Shown here in pieces: positions 28,345 through 38,277 of a DNA stretch of 64,000 bases. The notes under the pieces were generated by a model. It saw only the letters and a list, made by a program, of their open reading frames with translations, was not told the DNA's origin and did not search any database. Positions within the stretch are counted from its first letter, which is position 1, and every line of letters begins with the position of its first letter. Origin of the DNA: a virus. Both the position numbers and the translations under genes were made by a program. Location of the stretch: the IMG/VR virus record IMGVR_UViG_3300047476_000597, positions 32,001 to 96,000 of that record. One strand, written 5' to 3'.

Positions 28345-29580
28345 ATGTCTAAGACATTGTACGCAAAGTATTTAACAGACACAGTTTTACCGAATGTAAA
28401 ACTAGCATACGAGACACAAGCACCTGGTACTCGTGTAATAGCAAAGAATAACGAGATCAGTGAGACTACTGTACTAAAATGGGCAAAAGAGTTTGGGTGG
28501 AAAAGATACCAGGCACCTGTCATAATAAAAGAACCACCAGTAGTAAAAAAGAAAGAAGAGCCGGCCCCATTCATCCCGAAAGAGGCTATTAAGAATAAAA
28601 ATACAGAAGAAGCTCTCAACAGACACAGAAAAGAAAAAGAAGAAGTACTCAAAGAACTAGAAGAGCTGTACATGGCACATGATATAGCTCTAGGTCTAAC
28701 TAAACCAATCAACTATACTATACCAGAAATACTATTTAACGAACATGAAAAAAGTCAGGGTATAGGTATTATACAATACTCTGACTGGCACGTAGAAGAA
28801 AGAGTAGAAAAAAAGACTACACACGGCCTCAATGAATATAACCCAGATATAGCTAGACGAAGAGTAGACAAGCTGACCGAGAATACAATCAAACTAATAA
28901 GAAAAGAACGTCAGGATATTAACCTAGACAAGCTGCTAATAGTACTAGGTGGTGACATGATTAACAGTTTCCTACACGATCATGATGTGCAACAAAACTA
29001 CATGGCACCAATAGAAGCCTGTGAGTTTGCTAAAGAACTAATATGTCGGTCTCTAGCCACTATAGCTGAATATGCAAATGTCCAGAGTATAGACGTTATG
29101 TGTATCAGAGGCAATCACCCACGCTTAACAAAAAAGATGTCCAGCAGCACAGATTATAAAATGAACCTAGAGGCTCTTATATATAACTCTGTAAAACAGG
29201 ATGAGAAGATGAAGAGTGACCTATTCAAATGGCATATTCCTGAGTCACAGTTTGGTTATATAAAGATAGGTAACAAGACTGTAAGAGCTATGCATGGTCA
29301 CGAGATTAACTACAAAGGTGGTATAGGTGGTATCACAATCCCTCTAGTAAAAGCTGTTATGCGATTGAATGATACAATAAAAGCAGACTACACATGTATG
29401 CACCACTACCATACACTGGATATGATAGGAGCTTGTAACACATCTATCAACGGTAGCCTAGTAGGGTATAACAGTTATGCAATGGCTATACAAGCAAAAT
29501 ATGATGCACCCAAACAAGCATTCCAGCTGTTAGATATGGAAAGGGGTTTTACTACCCGGATACCAATATTCTGTGAGTAG
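28345..29580 (+). CDS. Calcineurin-like metallophosphoesterase with N-terminal HTH
   Basis: SDWH, GGDM, RGNH, MHGH, HHYH; N-terminal IAKNNEISETTVLKWAKEFGW; TACATTTG box at 28295. Confidence 0.85.
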   Translation: MSKTLYAKYLTDTVLPNVKLAYETQAPGTRVIAKNNEISETTVLKWAKEFGWKRYQAPVIIKEPPVVKKKEEPAPFIPKEAIKNKNTEEALNRHRKEKEEVLKELEELYMAHDIALGLTKPINYTIPEILFNEHEKSQGIGIIQYSDWHVEERVEKKTTHGLNEYNPDIARRRVDKLTENTIKLIRKERQDINLDKLLIVLGGDMINSFLHDHDVQQNYMAPIEACEFAKELICRSLATIAEYANVQSIDVMCIRGNHPRLTKKMSSSTDYKMNLEALIYNSVKQDEKMKSDLFKWHIPESQFGYIKIGNKTVRAMHGHEINYKGGIGGITIPLVKAVMRLNDTIKADYTCMHHYHTLDMIGACNTSINGSLVGYNSYAMAIQAKYDAPKQAFQLLDMERGFTTRIPIFCE

Positions 29581-29585
29581 TACAG

Positions 29586-30212
29586 CTACAGACGTTCTAT
29601 CTTATACTCTAGCATCAGTTTCTCTATTACAGCTGGCATTCTATAGAAATGAGTACGGTCATATCGTATCATACGTAAACCAGCTGTACTACAGAATCTA
29701 TTCTTAGCTGCATCAGCTTTTTTTCTCTTCTCAGTAGCGTGAGAACTAACACCATCATATTCTATAACCAGGCCCAGAGTAGGTAGATAAAAATCGTACC
29801 GGTAATAACCATAGTCACTACTCTTATTATCCGCAAACTCTACCTCTCGGTACCACTCCACATTATACAACGACAGCTGGTTAATAATCTGCCATTCTGC
29901 AGCTGATGGTTGTGGTAGGTCTTTTCTAGGACATTGCCTATACGCTAGTTTCTTCTTCTCTTTCACTGCTACTGGTTTGCGTACAGCTGCCTGCCTCACA
30001 GGAGTAGCTACTACAGCTGGTGCAACAATCTTCTCTTCCTTCCTACCATATTCCGCACATACTAGTTTCCAAAAAAGATCATCTCTCCTCTTAAACTCTT
30101 CTTGTGTAATACCTTGCTCATACAGATAATACTCATGTGATCTCTTATTGTGTTGTAAGCTGTATAAAAACAGGTCTACTCTTCTCCATAGTTTTTCTAT
30201 AATATTCTTCAT
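29586..30212 (-). CDS. Vsr/DUF559-like endonuclease
   Basis: RYDFYLPTLGLVIEYDGVSSH...D..KN...LRMIRY; own TACCTTTG box at 30219-30226. Confidence 0.75.
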   Translation of the reverse strand: MKNIIEKLWRRVDLFLYSLQHNKRSHEYYLYEQGITQEEFKRRDDLFWKLVCAEYGRKEEKIVAPAVVATPVRQAAVRKPVAVKEKKKLAYRQCPRKDLPQPSAAEWQIINQLSLYNVEWYREVEFADNKSSDYGYYRYDFYLPTLGLVIEYDGVSSHATEKRKKADAAKNRFCSTAGLRMIRYDRTHFYRMPAVIEKLMLEYKIERL

Positions 30213-30289
30213 GTACAACAAAGGTAGAAAAATATTTTTGGTTTATAACAAACAACATTATACATTTGCTTTATTATAAAACTAAAACA

Positions 30290-30899
30290 ATGGCAACAAT
30301 AGATTTTAAAAAAACATTTGCTGAAAAAGCAGCTAGTGGAGAGGAGTTAACACCTGAAGAACTAGCGGAATTAAGAAAACGTCTAGATGAAGAAACTAGT
30401 CGTATGAGAGAAAAACTAGATGAGCTTACTGTACGTAAACAATATTTTGAAATAGCTGCTCTTATGGGTATTATTAAGGTAGAAGAGGTGCCAGGGTTAT
30501 TAGGACTAGAGATGCAAAAAAGAAAGATAGAAGCTATATGGGTACTCACACAGTTTGAACAAGGACAAGCTGCTGCTAGAAAAGAACTAGAAGAGCAGCA
30601 GAGCAGAAAAGAATCTCCTATAATCACAGACGGACAAACAAAATAGTATGGCACAGCTAACCAAAAAGATTCAAGAGATACAAAAAGATGAAGTGTTTAC
30701 AATACCAGAACAAGAAGGAGAGTATTGTAGAAAAGGTATGGTATATAGTAAAACCTATAGCTACTATGTAGCAGCTGACATAGCAGCACTAGTACTACCT
30801 AAGTTCTTGAACGAAGATACTATTGTAATACCAACAGGGCAGTACTTTAATACAGATCCCTCTTTTCCTGAAACAAAAGAAACTGAATACAAACAATAA
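30290..30899 (+). CDS. Two hypothetical proteins (30290-30646 and 30648-30899)
   Basis: ORFs following a TACATTTG box at 30261. Confidence 0.6.
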
Positions 30900-31261
30900 T
30901 GGCACAGGTCAATGTATGGAACCAAATAGTGAGGATGGAACTGGATGAGATAATCCGGTTCCAACTCTCTATGCACTGTACATTCAATAGTGTACACATA
31001 ACAGAAGGGGAGCTAGACGTATTGCTAGACATAACAAAAGCCGGTGATAGAGAGCTCAACATACTGTGCAAAGAGATGATAAAAACAGGTAGGTTTGCAT
31101 CACAGCAGTCTATCAGGAATACCATAGACTCTCTAGTAGCTAAGAAGCTGATAGTAAAAGCTAGGAATAACGGCAGTAGAAAAAGGGTATCACTAGCTAA
31201 GAACGTTGTTATTAATACTCAGGCACCTATACTAGTAGATATTAAGGTACTATGCAACTAA
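30899..31261 (+). CDS. Winged-helix DNA-binding protein
   Basis: SQQSIRNTIDSLVAKKLIVK. Confidence 0.6.
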   Translation: MAQVNVWNQIVRMELDEIIRFQLSMHCTFNSVHITEGELDVLLDITKAGDRELNILCKEMIKTGRFASQQSIRNTIDSLVAKKLIVKARNNGSRKRVSLAKNVVINTQAPILVDIKVLCN

Positions 31262-31650
31262 AAGAGCTTGTTAAACAATATGCTGCAGATAACAACATAC
31301 CAGAAGAAGATGCTCTGAGTATTGTGATAGGGATGTACAACAGTATCAAGATCTCTATGAACCGGTTAGAACACATCAGAATCAAGGTGCCAGGATTAGG
31401 AGTATTCTCTATGAAACACTGGAAGGCGCAGAAGGAGCTAGAGTCACTGATAAAAAGACGCAATAAGGTAGGGCCGGAACACAAACACTGGTACAATAAA
31501 GGGATAGAACTCATGAAACGTGCATCTGTTCTATCTACTAAAGAGGCTGAAAAAAAACAAGCATTCAAACTAAAGAAAAAACAATACAAAGATGAGCAAC
31601 TGGATACAGAAGCTGCAAACGGCCTGGAGATTGAGAAAAGAAATAGCTGA
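31252..31650 (+). CDS. HU/IHF-like DNA-binding protein
   Basis: LVKQYAADNNIPEEDA...IKVPGLGVFSMK. Confidence 0.65.
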   Translation: MQLKELVKQYAADNNIPEEDALSIVIGMYNSIKISMNRLEHIRIKVPGLGVFSMKHWKAQKELESLIKRRNKVGPEHKHWYNKGIELMKRASVLSTKEAEKKQAFKLKKKQYKDEQLDTEAANGLEIEKRNS

Positions 31651-31951
31651 GGGCTTTCTTAATGTATACACATCGCATAGTGAAGATATACAAAAGACTA
31701 TAGACGAGAGGGTAGCTATATGTGAGAGTAATCAATGTGGTTATTACGATGCAGCTGGTACTGGAGATAACGTATTCCTAAAAGGACAGCCGGCATGTGG
31801 GTTATGTGGCTGTAATGTACCAGCTAAACCATCGTGCTTGTCCTGCACATGCACACTCAGAGACATAGGTAAGCTGCCTCTGTGGGAAGCAGTACTAACA
31901 CCAGAACAAGAAAAAGAACTAGATAACGCACAAAAAAATACTAATGGTTAG
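31592..31951 (+). CDS. Cys-rich (Zn-binding) protein
   Basis: CESNQC...CGLCGC...CLSCTC...W. Confidence 0.65.
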   Translation: MSNWIQKLQTAWRLRKEIAEGFLNVYTSHSEDIQKTIDERVAICESNQCGYYDAAGTGDNVFLKGQPACGLCGCNVPAKPSCLSCTCTLRDIGKLPLWEAVLTPEQEKELDNAQKNTNG

Positions 31952-32738
31952 GTTCATAGAAGAAGGTCATAGCTATCTAGACAAAGACAACAACAAACTC
32001 ATTAGTGCTACTACTATAATACATGCACTACATGAGGAGTTTGATAAAGAGTCTACAGCTAAGAAGAGTAGTAAGAATGCAAAGAGTAAGTGGTATGGTA
32101 TGCCACCAGAGGACATTATTACTGCATGGCATAATGAGTCAGAAAGAGCAGCGTCTCTAGGAACATGGTACCACGCACTCAGAGAACAGAACCTATATAC
32201 TCTACCCAATGTTGTTATGCCTAACATAGTAGATGGTGTAAAACACGCTCTGTCTCAGAAACTAGAAAACGGCAAGATATACCCTGAGTTCTTATGCTAC
32301 CTGTTGTCAGCTGGTATATGTGGTCAGATAGACTACCTAGAGGTACGTGATAACAAGGTTATCATCAGAGACTATAAGACCAGTAAAAAGATAGACATGC
32401 ATGGTTACACTAACTGGGAGGGTATTACTAAGATGATGTTGGGACCAGTAGCACACCTAGATGACTGTGAGTTCTCTAAATACTCCATACAGCTGTCACT
32501 ATACATGTACATTATACTACGTCACAACCCTATGTTAGAACCAGGAGACATGACAATAGAACATGTGTCTTTTGTACAGGCCGGTGAAGACCAACATGGT
32601 TATCCTGTATATGCTACTAACGAGTTTGGAGACTACATAGTAAAAGAGATAAAGGAGATACCAGTACCATATCTAAAGACTGAGGTTATGAATATACTCA
32701 CCTGGATGAAGAACAACACGAAAAAACTGAAAAAATGA
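31944..32738 (+). CDS. PD-(D/E)XK (Cas4-like) exonuclease
   Basis: SATT, GTWYH, PE, GQID, DYKT, YSIQLSLY. Confidence 0.85.
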   Translation: MVRFIEEGHSYLDKDNNKLISATTIIHALHEEFDKESTAKKSSKNAKSKWYGMPPEDIITAWHNESERAASLGTWYHALREQNLYTLPNVVMPNIVDGVKHALSQKLENGKIYPEFLCYLLSAGICGQIDYLEVRDNKVIIRDYKTSKKIDMHGYTNWEGITKMMLGPVAHLDDCEFSKYSIQLSLYMYIILRHNPMLEPGDMTIEHVSFVQAGEDQHGYPVYATNEFGDYIVKEIKEIPVPYLKTEVMNILTWMKNNTKKLKK

Positions 32739-33817
32739 AGATACAGTTTGTAATACGCAAGAACCAAGGAACCAGCTACCATCGTCTAGTCAATCCTTTC
32801 AGCTACTATCTAATAGAAGAAGGTGACACTATACAGATGCTGGAGTACCAAAAAGACGAACCATTCATAGATGCTGACATACTGGTATTCAATAACTGCA
32901 TAGATACTCCTATGGCTGTATTAAAGAGCTATCAGAAAAAAGGAATGAAGATAGTAGTGGATATAGATGACATGTGGGATATACCTGCATCACACCCATC
33001 GTATGCTATACTCAAAAAATACAACCACACTGAAAGAGTACTGGCCAGTATCAAACTAGCAGATGTTGTTATCTGTGCTTCTATGCGTATACAAGATGCT
33101 GTTAGGCAACATAACAAAAACACTGTGGTTATACCTAACGCATTCCCATATGGCCAGGAGAACTACACCCACACTAACTGGACAGCTGGTTATAAGACTC
33201 GGTTTCTGTATGCTGGTGGTGTGTCCCATCTAAAAGATGTAGAACTAATGTCTACTGCTTTTGATAAGATAGGAACTACTGCAGCTGTTAAGAATGATGC
33301 AAGATTCCTAATAGCCGGCTATACACCACCTATGAGGAAACAGTTCTTCAGTCCTATGGACATGAAGCTGGACAACAATAACTACCGAGTAGTACAAGGT
33401 GGTGTAGGAGAATGGGATAAGATGGTATCAGTATTTAACAGGACTCAATGTGCAGAGGTGTTACCATCTAGAGACCTAGTAGACTATATAGATTTCTATG
33501 ACTATGCTGACGTATCTTTGGTGCCACTAAGAGACCATTCATGGAACCGATTGAAGAGTGTGTTGAAACTAGCAGAAGCAGCTACACGTAATCTACCTGT
33601 CATATGCTCTAGAGTACCACCATATTCTGATATAGAAGATGTACCGGGTATATATTGGGTAGACAATAACAACTGGCTACAGAACATCAAACAGTGTATG
33701 CAAGAACCTACAGAGAGAATAGACAGAGGACTAGCACTAGGAGAGTACGCTAGGAAGAACTGGGAACTTCAGGAATGGAACAAGGTACGTAAACAGGTAT
33801 TCACATCATTAATATAA
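32735..33817 (+). CDS. Glycosyltransferase, GT-B fold (GT4-like)
   Basis: VVDIDDMW, VIPNA, DVSLVPL...KSVLKLAEAA...PVICS. Confidence 0.85.
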   Translation: MKIQFVIRKNQGTSYHRLVNPFSYYLIEEGDTIQMLEYQKDEPFIDADILVFNNCIDTPMAVLKSYQKKGMKIVVDIDDMWDIPASHPSYAILKKYNHTERVLASIKLADVVICASMRIQDAVRQHNKNTVVIPNAFPYGQENYTHTNWTAGYKTRFLYAGGVSHLKDVELMSTAFDKIGTTAAVKNDARFLIAGYTPPMRKQFFSPMDMKLDNNNYRVVQGGVGEWDKMVSVFNRTQCAEVLPSRDLVDYIDFYDYADVSLVPLRDHSWNRLKSVLKLAEAATRNLPVICSRVPPYSDIEDVPGIYWVDNNNWLQNIKQCMQEPTERIDRGLALGEYARKNWELQEWNKVRKQVFTSLI

Positions 33818-33822
33818 ACAAC

Positions 33823-34587
33823 ATGGATAGCAATCTAGTACAAGAGGCAATACCTCAAAAGAAAACAAAAAAACAAATAAAATGGTGGTATCCGGCAAAA
33901 AGAGGATACACAGGAGAGAGTAGAAAGACTGGGTGGGAGTTGTCTACCTACTATAGAAAATTTCTGAGGCCTACAATATCATTCAGAATATCGCCAGCTA
34001 GTTACTTTGATAATAGACTAATGATACGCCTGGATCTATTGTGGGTTAGCTGGTATCTTCATCTTCCTGTATATAGCAATATAGATGAGTGTGATTATCC
34101 TGAGTTTGGATTCTATTACCATATGGATTCATTAGTGCTATGTTGGGGTATGAAGAAAAAGTTCATACACATGCCATGGACATATGAGTGGGTAAGAACT
34201 AGCAGACTCCTCAAAGATGGTAGCTGGTTACATGAAACTAAAGGTAAGAGAAGATCTTGGAAAGAAGAAGACTATAACTGGGAGAAAGAAAATACATGGC
34301 AAGAAACACACCCTTACATCTACGTAACAGACAGACAAGAAATACAAGATGATATACAGGCTACCATAAGAGTAACAGAACGTGAGTGGAGACAGAAATG
34401 GTTAATGTGGACAAAACTAGGAGCTAAGGTACACAAAGACATAGATGTAGAATTTAGTAAAGAAGTGGGTAGTGAGAGAGGTAGCTGGAAAGGGGGTGTA
34501 CTAGGAACAGGACACAAGATGAAGCCTAATGAAACACCATTACAAACACTAAGAAGAATGCAAAGAGAAAGGTCATTCTGCAGATAA
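33823..34587 (+). CDS. Trp-rich conserved phage protein
   Basis: DVEFSKEVGSERGSWKGG. Confidence 0.7.
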   Translation: MDSNLVQEAIPQKKTKKQIKWWYPAKRGYTGESRKTGWELSTYYRKFLRPTISFRISPASYFDNRLMIRLDLLWVSWYLHLPVYSNIDECDYPEFGFYYHMDSLVLCWGMKKKFIHMPWTYEWVRTSRLLKDGSWLHETKGKRRSWKEEDYNWEKENTWQETHPYIYVTDRQEIQDDIQATIRVTEREWRQKWLMWTKLGAKVHKDIDVEFSKEVGSERGSWKGGVLGTGHKMKPNETPLQTLRRMQRERSFCR

Positions 34588-34597
34588 TACCAACACT

Positions 34598-35179
34598 ATG
34601 ATAAACATATTTGATATGGTCAATGGTAAACCAGTACCATCTGCCCACTGTTTCTTTATAAAGGCATTCAAGGACATAATGGAAGAGTATCCAGAGGACT
34701 ATCTTCAGATATTTGCCTATGTGCTCTATACGACCTGTATGGACCCATCACTCAACCCATACATGCTGCATGAAGAAACTACCAGAGAAGAGGTTGTTAT
34801 AGCAGACATTGGTCCATTACGATTCTCACTAGAAGATGAGCTAGTACTAGCAGCTGTAAAAAAGAGTAAGGAGATGTATCAGACACCAGTAGACAGATTC
34901 TATCTAGCTGCTAAGGTTATGCTAGACAAGATGGCTGAGGACATGATTACTACAGAGCTCACCTATGGTAAAGACGGTAATGCTACTATCATGAAAGCAT
35001 TCCTAAAAGATGCAGATGATTTGTGGGCATCATATAAGAGCCTCACAGTACAGCTGCTAGGAGAACAAAGTAAAGCAAGAGGAAACATCAAACGTGCGTA
35101 TGACCAGTTACCAGGATATAAGAACCCACTAGAAGGAGAAAAAACAGAAGATAAAGATCATGAACAAGATGCACTATAA
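34598..35179 (+). CDS. Conserved crAss-like protein usually found near the terminase (possible small subunit)
   Basis: AYVLY...NPY...YQTP..R...A pattern and position. Confidence 0.5.
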   Translation: MINIFDMVNGKPVPSAHCFFIKAFKDIMEEYPEDYLQIFAYVLYTTCMDPSLNPYMLHEETTREEVVIADIGPLRFSLEDELVLAAVKKSKEMYQTPVDRFYLAAKVMLDKMAEDMITTELTYGKDGNATIMKAFLKDADDLWASYKSLTVQLLGEQSKARGNIKRAYDQLPGYKNPLEGEKTEDKDHEQDAL

Positions 35180-35477
35180 TAATACTAAAAAAACAAAAAA
35201 GATGATAACAAAAGAACAAATAACTGCTTTTATAAAAAAGATGGAAAATGATGGTTACATACTGGAAAAAACCTTCGGGTTTATTCCTGGTGTAGATTTT
35301 CCTTTTAATGATTTAATATCATCTGACACACTTAGTAAATTTTGGTACAAAAAAGATACAAACAATGAAGAGACAAAAACATTTACACCTTGGTTAGCCT
35401 CTTTTATAGAAAGTAATGTAAAACTAACATTAGACATAATAGTAACTCTTCCTAATACAGAACAAGATGCATTATAA
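35160..35477 (+). CDS. AT-rich inserted ORF flanked by 18-bp direct repeats
   Basis: GAACAAGATGCAYTATAA at 35162-35179 and 35460-35477. Confidence 0.6.
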   Translation: MNKMHYNNTKKTKKMITKEQITAFIKKMENDGYILEKTFGFIPGVDFPFNDLISSDTLSKFWYKKDTNNEETKTFTPWLASFIESNVKLTLDIIVTLPNTEQDAL

Positions 35478-36126
35478 CATACCGATATACATTAACAACC
35501 GAGACAGGTTGACTACTACTAGAAACCTAGTAGAACATCTATTGGAGTTGGGTTATACCAACATACATATCATAGATAATGCCAGTACATATGAACCACT
35601 ATTGGACTGGTATGATACAGCTAAGAAGCTAGTGACTATTCACCGATGTATAGAAAACTACGGACAGGCAGCACTGTGGATCTCTGGAATACACAAACAG
35701 CTGTCAGGAGAATATGTAGTCTATACAGATAGTGATATAGAGCTCAACAAGAACACTCCTAGTGGGTTCGTAGGTACTCTAATAGAGGTTATGAATACTC
35801 ACAATGTAGACAAGGTAGGATTAGCTATTGAATATAAGGATCTACCAGCTATAGATGCTAACAAGAAGAATATAGCAATAGAGAAACGCTACTGGGAAAA
35901 ACCTATCAAGAATAAGGCGGGACTGCAGCTGTATAATGCACCAATAGATACTACCTTTGCAGTACTAAGAACCGGTATGCCTTACACATGGAGATTGAGA
36001 GCTATTCGTGTAGCTGGTGAGTATACCTCTAGACACATACCATGGTACGGCATAGAGAGTGAAGAAGAACAGTACTACCTAGAACACGCAGATAAAAGAT
36101 TTTGTTCATTAAAAACATTGTTATAA
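35467..36126 (+). CDS. Glycosyltransferase family 2 (GT-A)
   Basis: IIDNASTY, YVVYTDSDI (DxD), IDTTFA. Confidence 0.85.
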   Translation: MHYNIPIYINNRDRLTTTRNLVEHLLELGYTNIHIIDNASTYEPLLDWYDTAKKLVTIHRCIENYGQAALWISGIHKQLSGEYVVYTDSDIELNKNTPSGFVGTLIEVMNTHNVDKVGLAIEYKDLPAIDANKKNIAIEKRYWEKPIKNKAGLQLYNAPIDTTFAVLRTGMPYTWRLRAIRVAGEYTSRHIPWYGIESEEEQYYLEHADKRFCSLKTLL

Positions 36127-36127
36127 T

Positions 36128-36844
36128 ATGAAGATTAGTATAATACACCCATCTAGGAATAGACCTAAGATGGCATTTGACACTATTAAAGAGTGGTTAG
36201 GTAGGGCCAAGAACCCAGAGAATATACAATATATTCTGTCTTTGGATGAAGATGAGTCTATGAAAGACCAGTATGTATCTTACCTGGTACCATTCAAAGA
36301 GACAGTAAAGATATGTGAATCTACTAACAGGAGTGCTATTGATGCTATCAACAATGGAGCATTGTGGTGTGAACACGATCTCTTTGTAGTAGTATCTGAC
36401 GATTTTGAATGCCCACAACATTGGGATGAGCAGCTGTCACAACTACTGGACGGTAAAGAAGACTACGTAGTAAAAACACAAGACGGTACCCAACCCTGGA
36501 TAATAACACTGCCAATAATGGACCGCACATACTACAACCGGTTTGGTTACATATATTACCCAGAGTACCGACATATGTTTTGCGATACTGAAATGTCACA
36601 TGTAGGAGCACTATTAGGTAGAACAATAACTAGCAATATAGTATTCCCACATAGGCACTACACAACAGGCGCCATGAAGAGAGATGCTGTTAATGTACGT
36701 AATGACAGTACTTGGATACAGGGAGAACAGTTGTACCTAGAACGTTTAAAAGTCAACTTTGGTATAGAAAATCCATTACCTATTCAACTACCTGAACACC
36801 ACAAAAACTGGTTAAAAGCAAAAAATATCTTAGCACATGGATAA
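36128..36844 (+). CDS. Glycosyltransferase family 2 (GT-A)
   Basis: ISIIHPSRNR, VVSDDF, MFCDTE. Confidence 0.85.
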   Translation: MKISIIHPSRNRPKMAFDTIKEWLGRAKNPENIQYILSLDEDESMKDQYVSYLVPFKETVKICESTNRSAIDAINNGALWCEHDLFVVVSDDFECPQHWDEQLSQLLDGKEDYVVKTQDGTQPWIITLPIMDRTYYNRFGYIYYPEYRHMFCDTEMSHVGALLGRTITSNIVFPHRHYTTGAMKRDAVNVRNDSTWIQGEQLYLERLKVNFGIENPLPIQLPEHHKNWLKAKNILAHG

Positions 36845-37421
36845 GCTGCTGTCTATATGTATTCCTACAATAGTAGGGAGAGAAAAACAATACAACCAGC
36901 TGTATTCTTTTATTGCTGAACAATGTACTAATGATGTAGAGATAGTTACATTAAAGGACAACAGGGAACTTAGTATAGGTAAGAAAAGACAGAGTATGTA
37001 TGAGATGTGTACAGGACAATATGCTGTGCAGATAGATGATGATGACACTATTCCTGCCGATTATATTTCTACGGTATTAAAACTTTTAGCTGTTAATCCA
37101 GATTGTGTTGGATACCTAGAAAGAGTAGAGGACAGGGGAGTACACCTACTAGCTTGTCACTCTAACAGATACACTGACTGGGGCAACAATAAGGATGGTT
37201 ATAGCTATGTAAGAACTATATTCTACAAGGATGTTATTAAAACAGAAATAGCAAAAGCTGTAGGAGTAAAAGACATGAGGTATGGAGAAGATCATGATTT
37301 TGCTAGAAGACTAAAAGCATCAGGATTATTAAAGACAGAAGTGTTTATAGAAAAAATAATGTATTTTTACGCTGCCCCTGTATTAACTGCAGCTACAACA
37401 AAAGAGCGATATGGAATATAA
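36837..37421 (+). CDS. Glycosyltransferase family 2 (GT-A)
   Basis: LSICIPT, IGKKR, QIDDDD, YGEDHDF. Confidence 0.85.
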   Translation: MDKLLSICIPTIVGREKQYNQLYSFIAEQCTNDVEIVTLKDNRELSIGKKRQSMYEMCTGQYAVQIDDDDTIPADYISTVLKLLAVNPDCVGYLERVEDRGVHLLACHSNRYTDWGNNKDGYSYVRTIFYKDVIKTEIAKAVGVKDMRYGEDHDFARRLKASGLLKTEVFIEKIMYFYAAPVLTAATTKERYGI

Positions 37422-38277
37422 AGATATAATAGACTACCAATACACTGTTATTAATAAGTATACATGGCACCCAGAACAATACAATAAAAAGATGAAGATT
37501 CTAAAAACTATACACAATGCCGGGTTTTTTAGTTGTTGTTCTATCAGACTACTAGACATTATGGTTTATTTTAACCAGAACAGCGGATTACCTGATATGG
37601 TAGACAGCACAGAGCAATTTGGTCTGTATAAAGGATACTCACAGCAAAACCTTATTCCATTCTATTTTATGGAAAAAGATGATTATACTATTCCTTATTC
37701 ACGCAGAGTAGAAATGACATACGCAAAAGAAGAACCACAGTTTTCTGACTATAAGCAGATATGTTTTACAGATACTCAGCCTTTTATTGAGAAGTATTTT
37801 ACTCCTTCTTATAATGTAGGTGATTTTGCTTATATGTTAGGAGAAAAATACGAGCTGGATTATAATAATGTTTGTGCTGTTTTTTATAGAGGTAATGACA
37901 AAAATAGAGAAACTACTATAGCATCATACAGTGTCTTTATAGACAAAGCAAGAGAGATTAAACAGCACAATCCCTCAGTAAAATTTCTAGTGCAGCCGGA
38001 CGAAACAGAGTTCCTTATAGAGTTTTGTAAAGCGTTTCCAGAAGATACTATATGGTTTACAGAAACACCGCACATGCCCAAGAAAGACAGCTGTATGTTC
38101 TTTGAATTACCACAAGTAGAAAGGGCCGAGTATGGTGCTAAATATTTTGGTGCTGTTTTAGTATTAGCAAAGTGCAAGCATATGATAATACATTCTGGTA
38201 ATGGGGCTTTTTGGTCTGTGCTATATAGAGGTAATACAAATAATGTACATCAGTTCTTAGACAATAAATGGTTATAG
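37411..38277 (+). CDS. Fucosyltransferase-like glycosyltransferase (NodZ/GT11/GT23-type)
   Basis: AGFFS, VFYRGNDK (HxRxxD-like), LAKCKHMIIHSGN. Confidence 0.7.
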   Translation: MEYKDIIDYQYTVINKYTWHPEQYNKKMKILKTIHNAGFFSCCSIRLLDIMVYFNQNSGLPDMVDSTEQFGLYKGYSQQNLIPFYFMEKDDYTIPYSRRVEMTYAKEEPQFSDYKQICFTDTQPFIEKYFTPSYNVGDFAYMLGEKYELDYNNVCAVFYRGNDKNRETTIASYSVFIDKAREIKQHNPSVKFLVQPDETEFLIEFCKAFPEDTIWFTETPHMPKKDSCMFFELPQVERAEYGAKYFGAVLVLAKCKHMIIHSGNGAFWSVLYRGNTNNVHQFLDNKWL

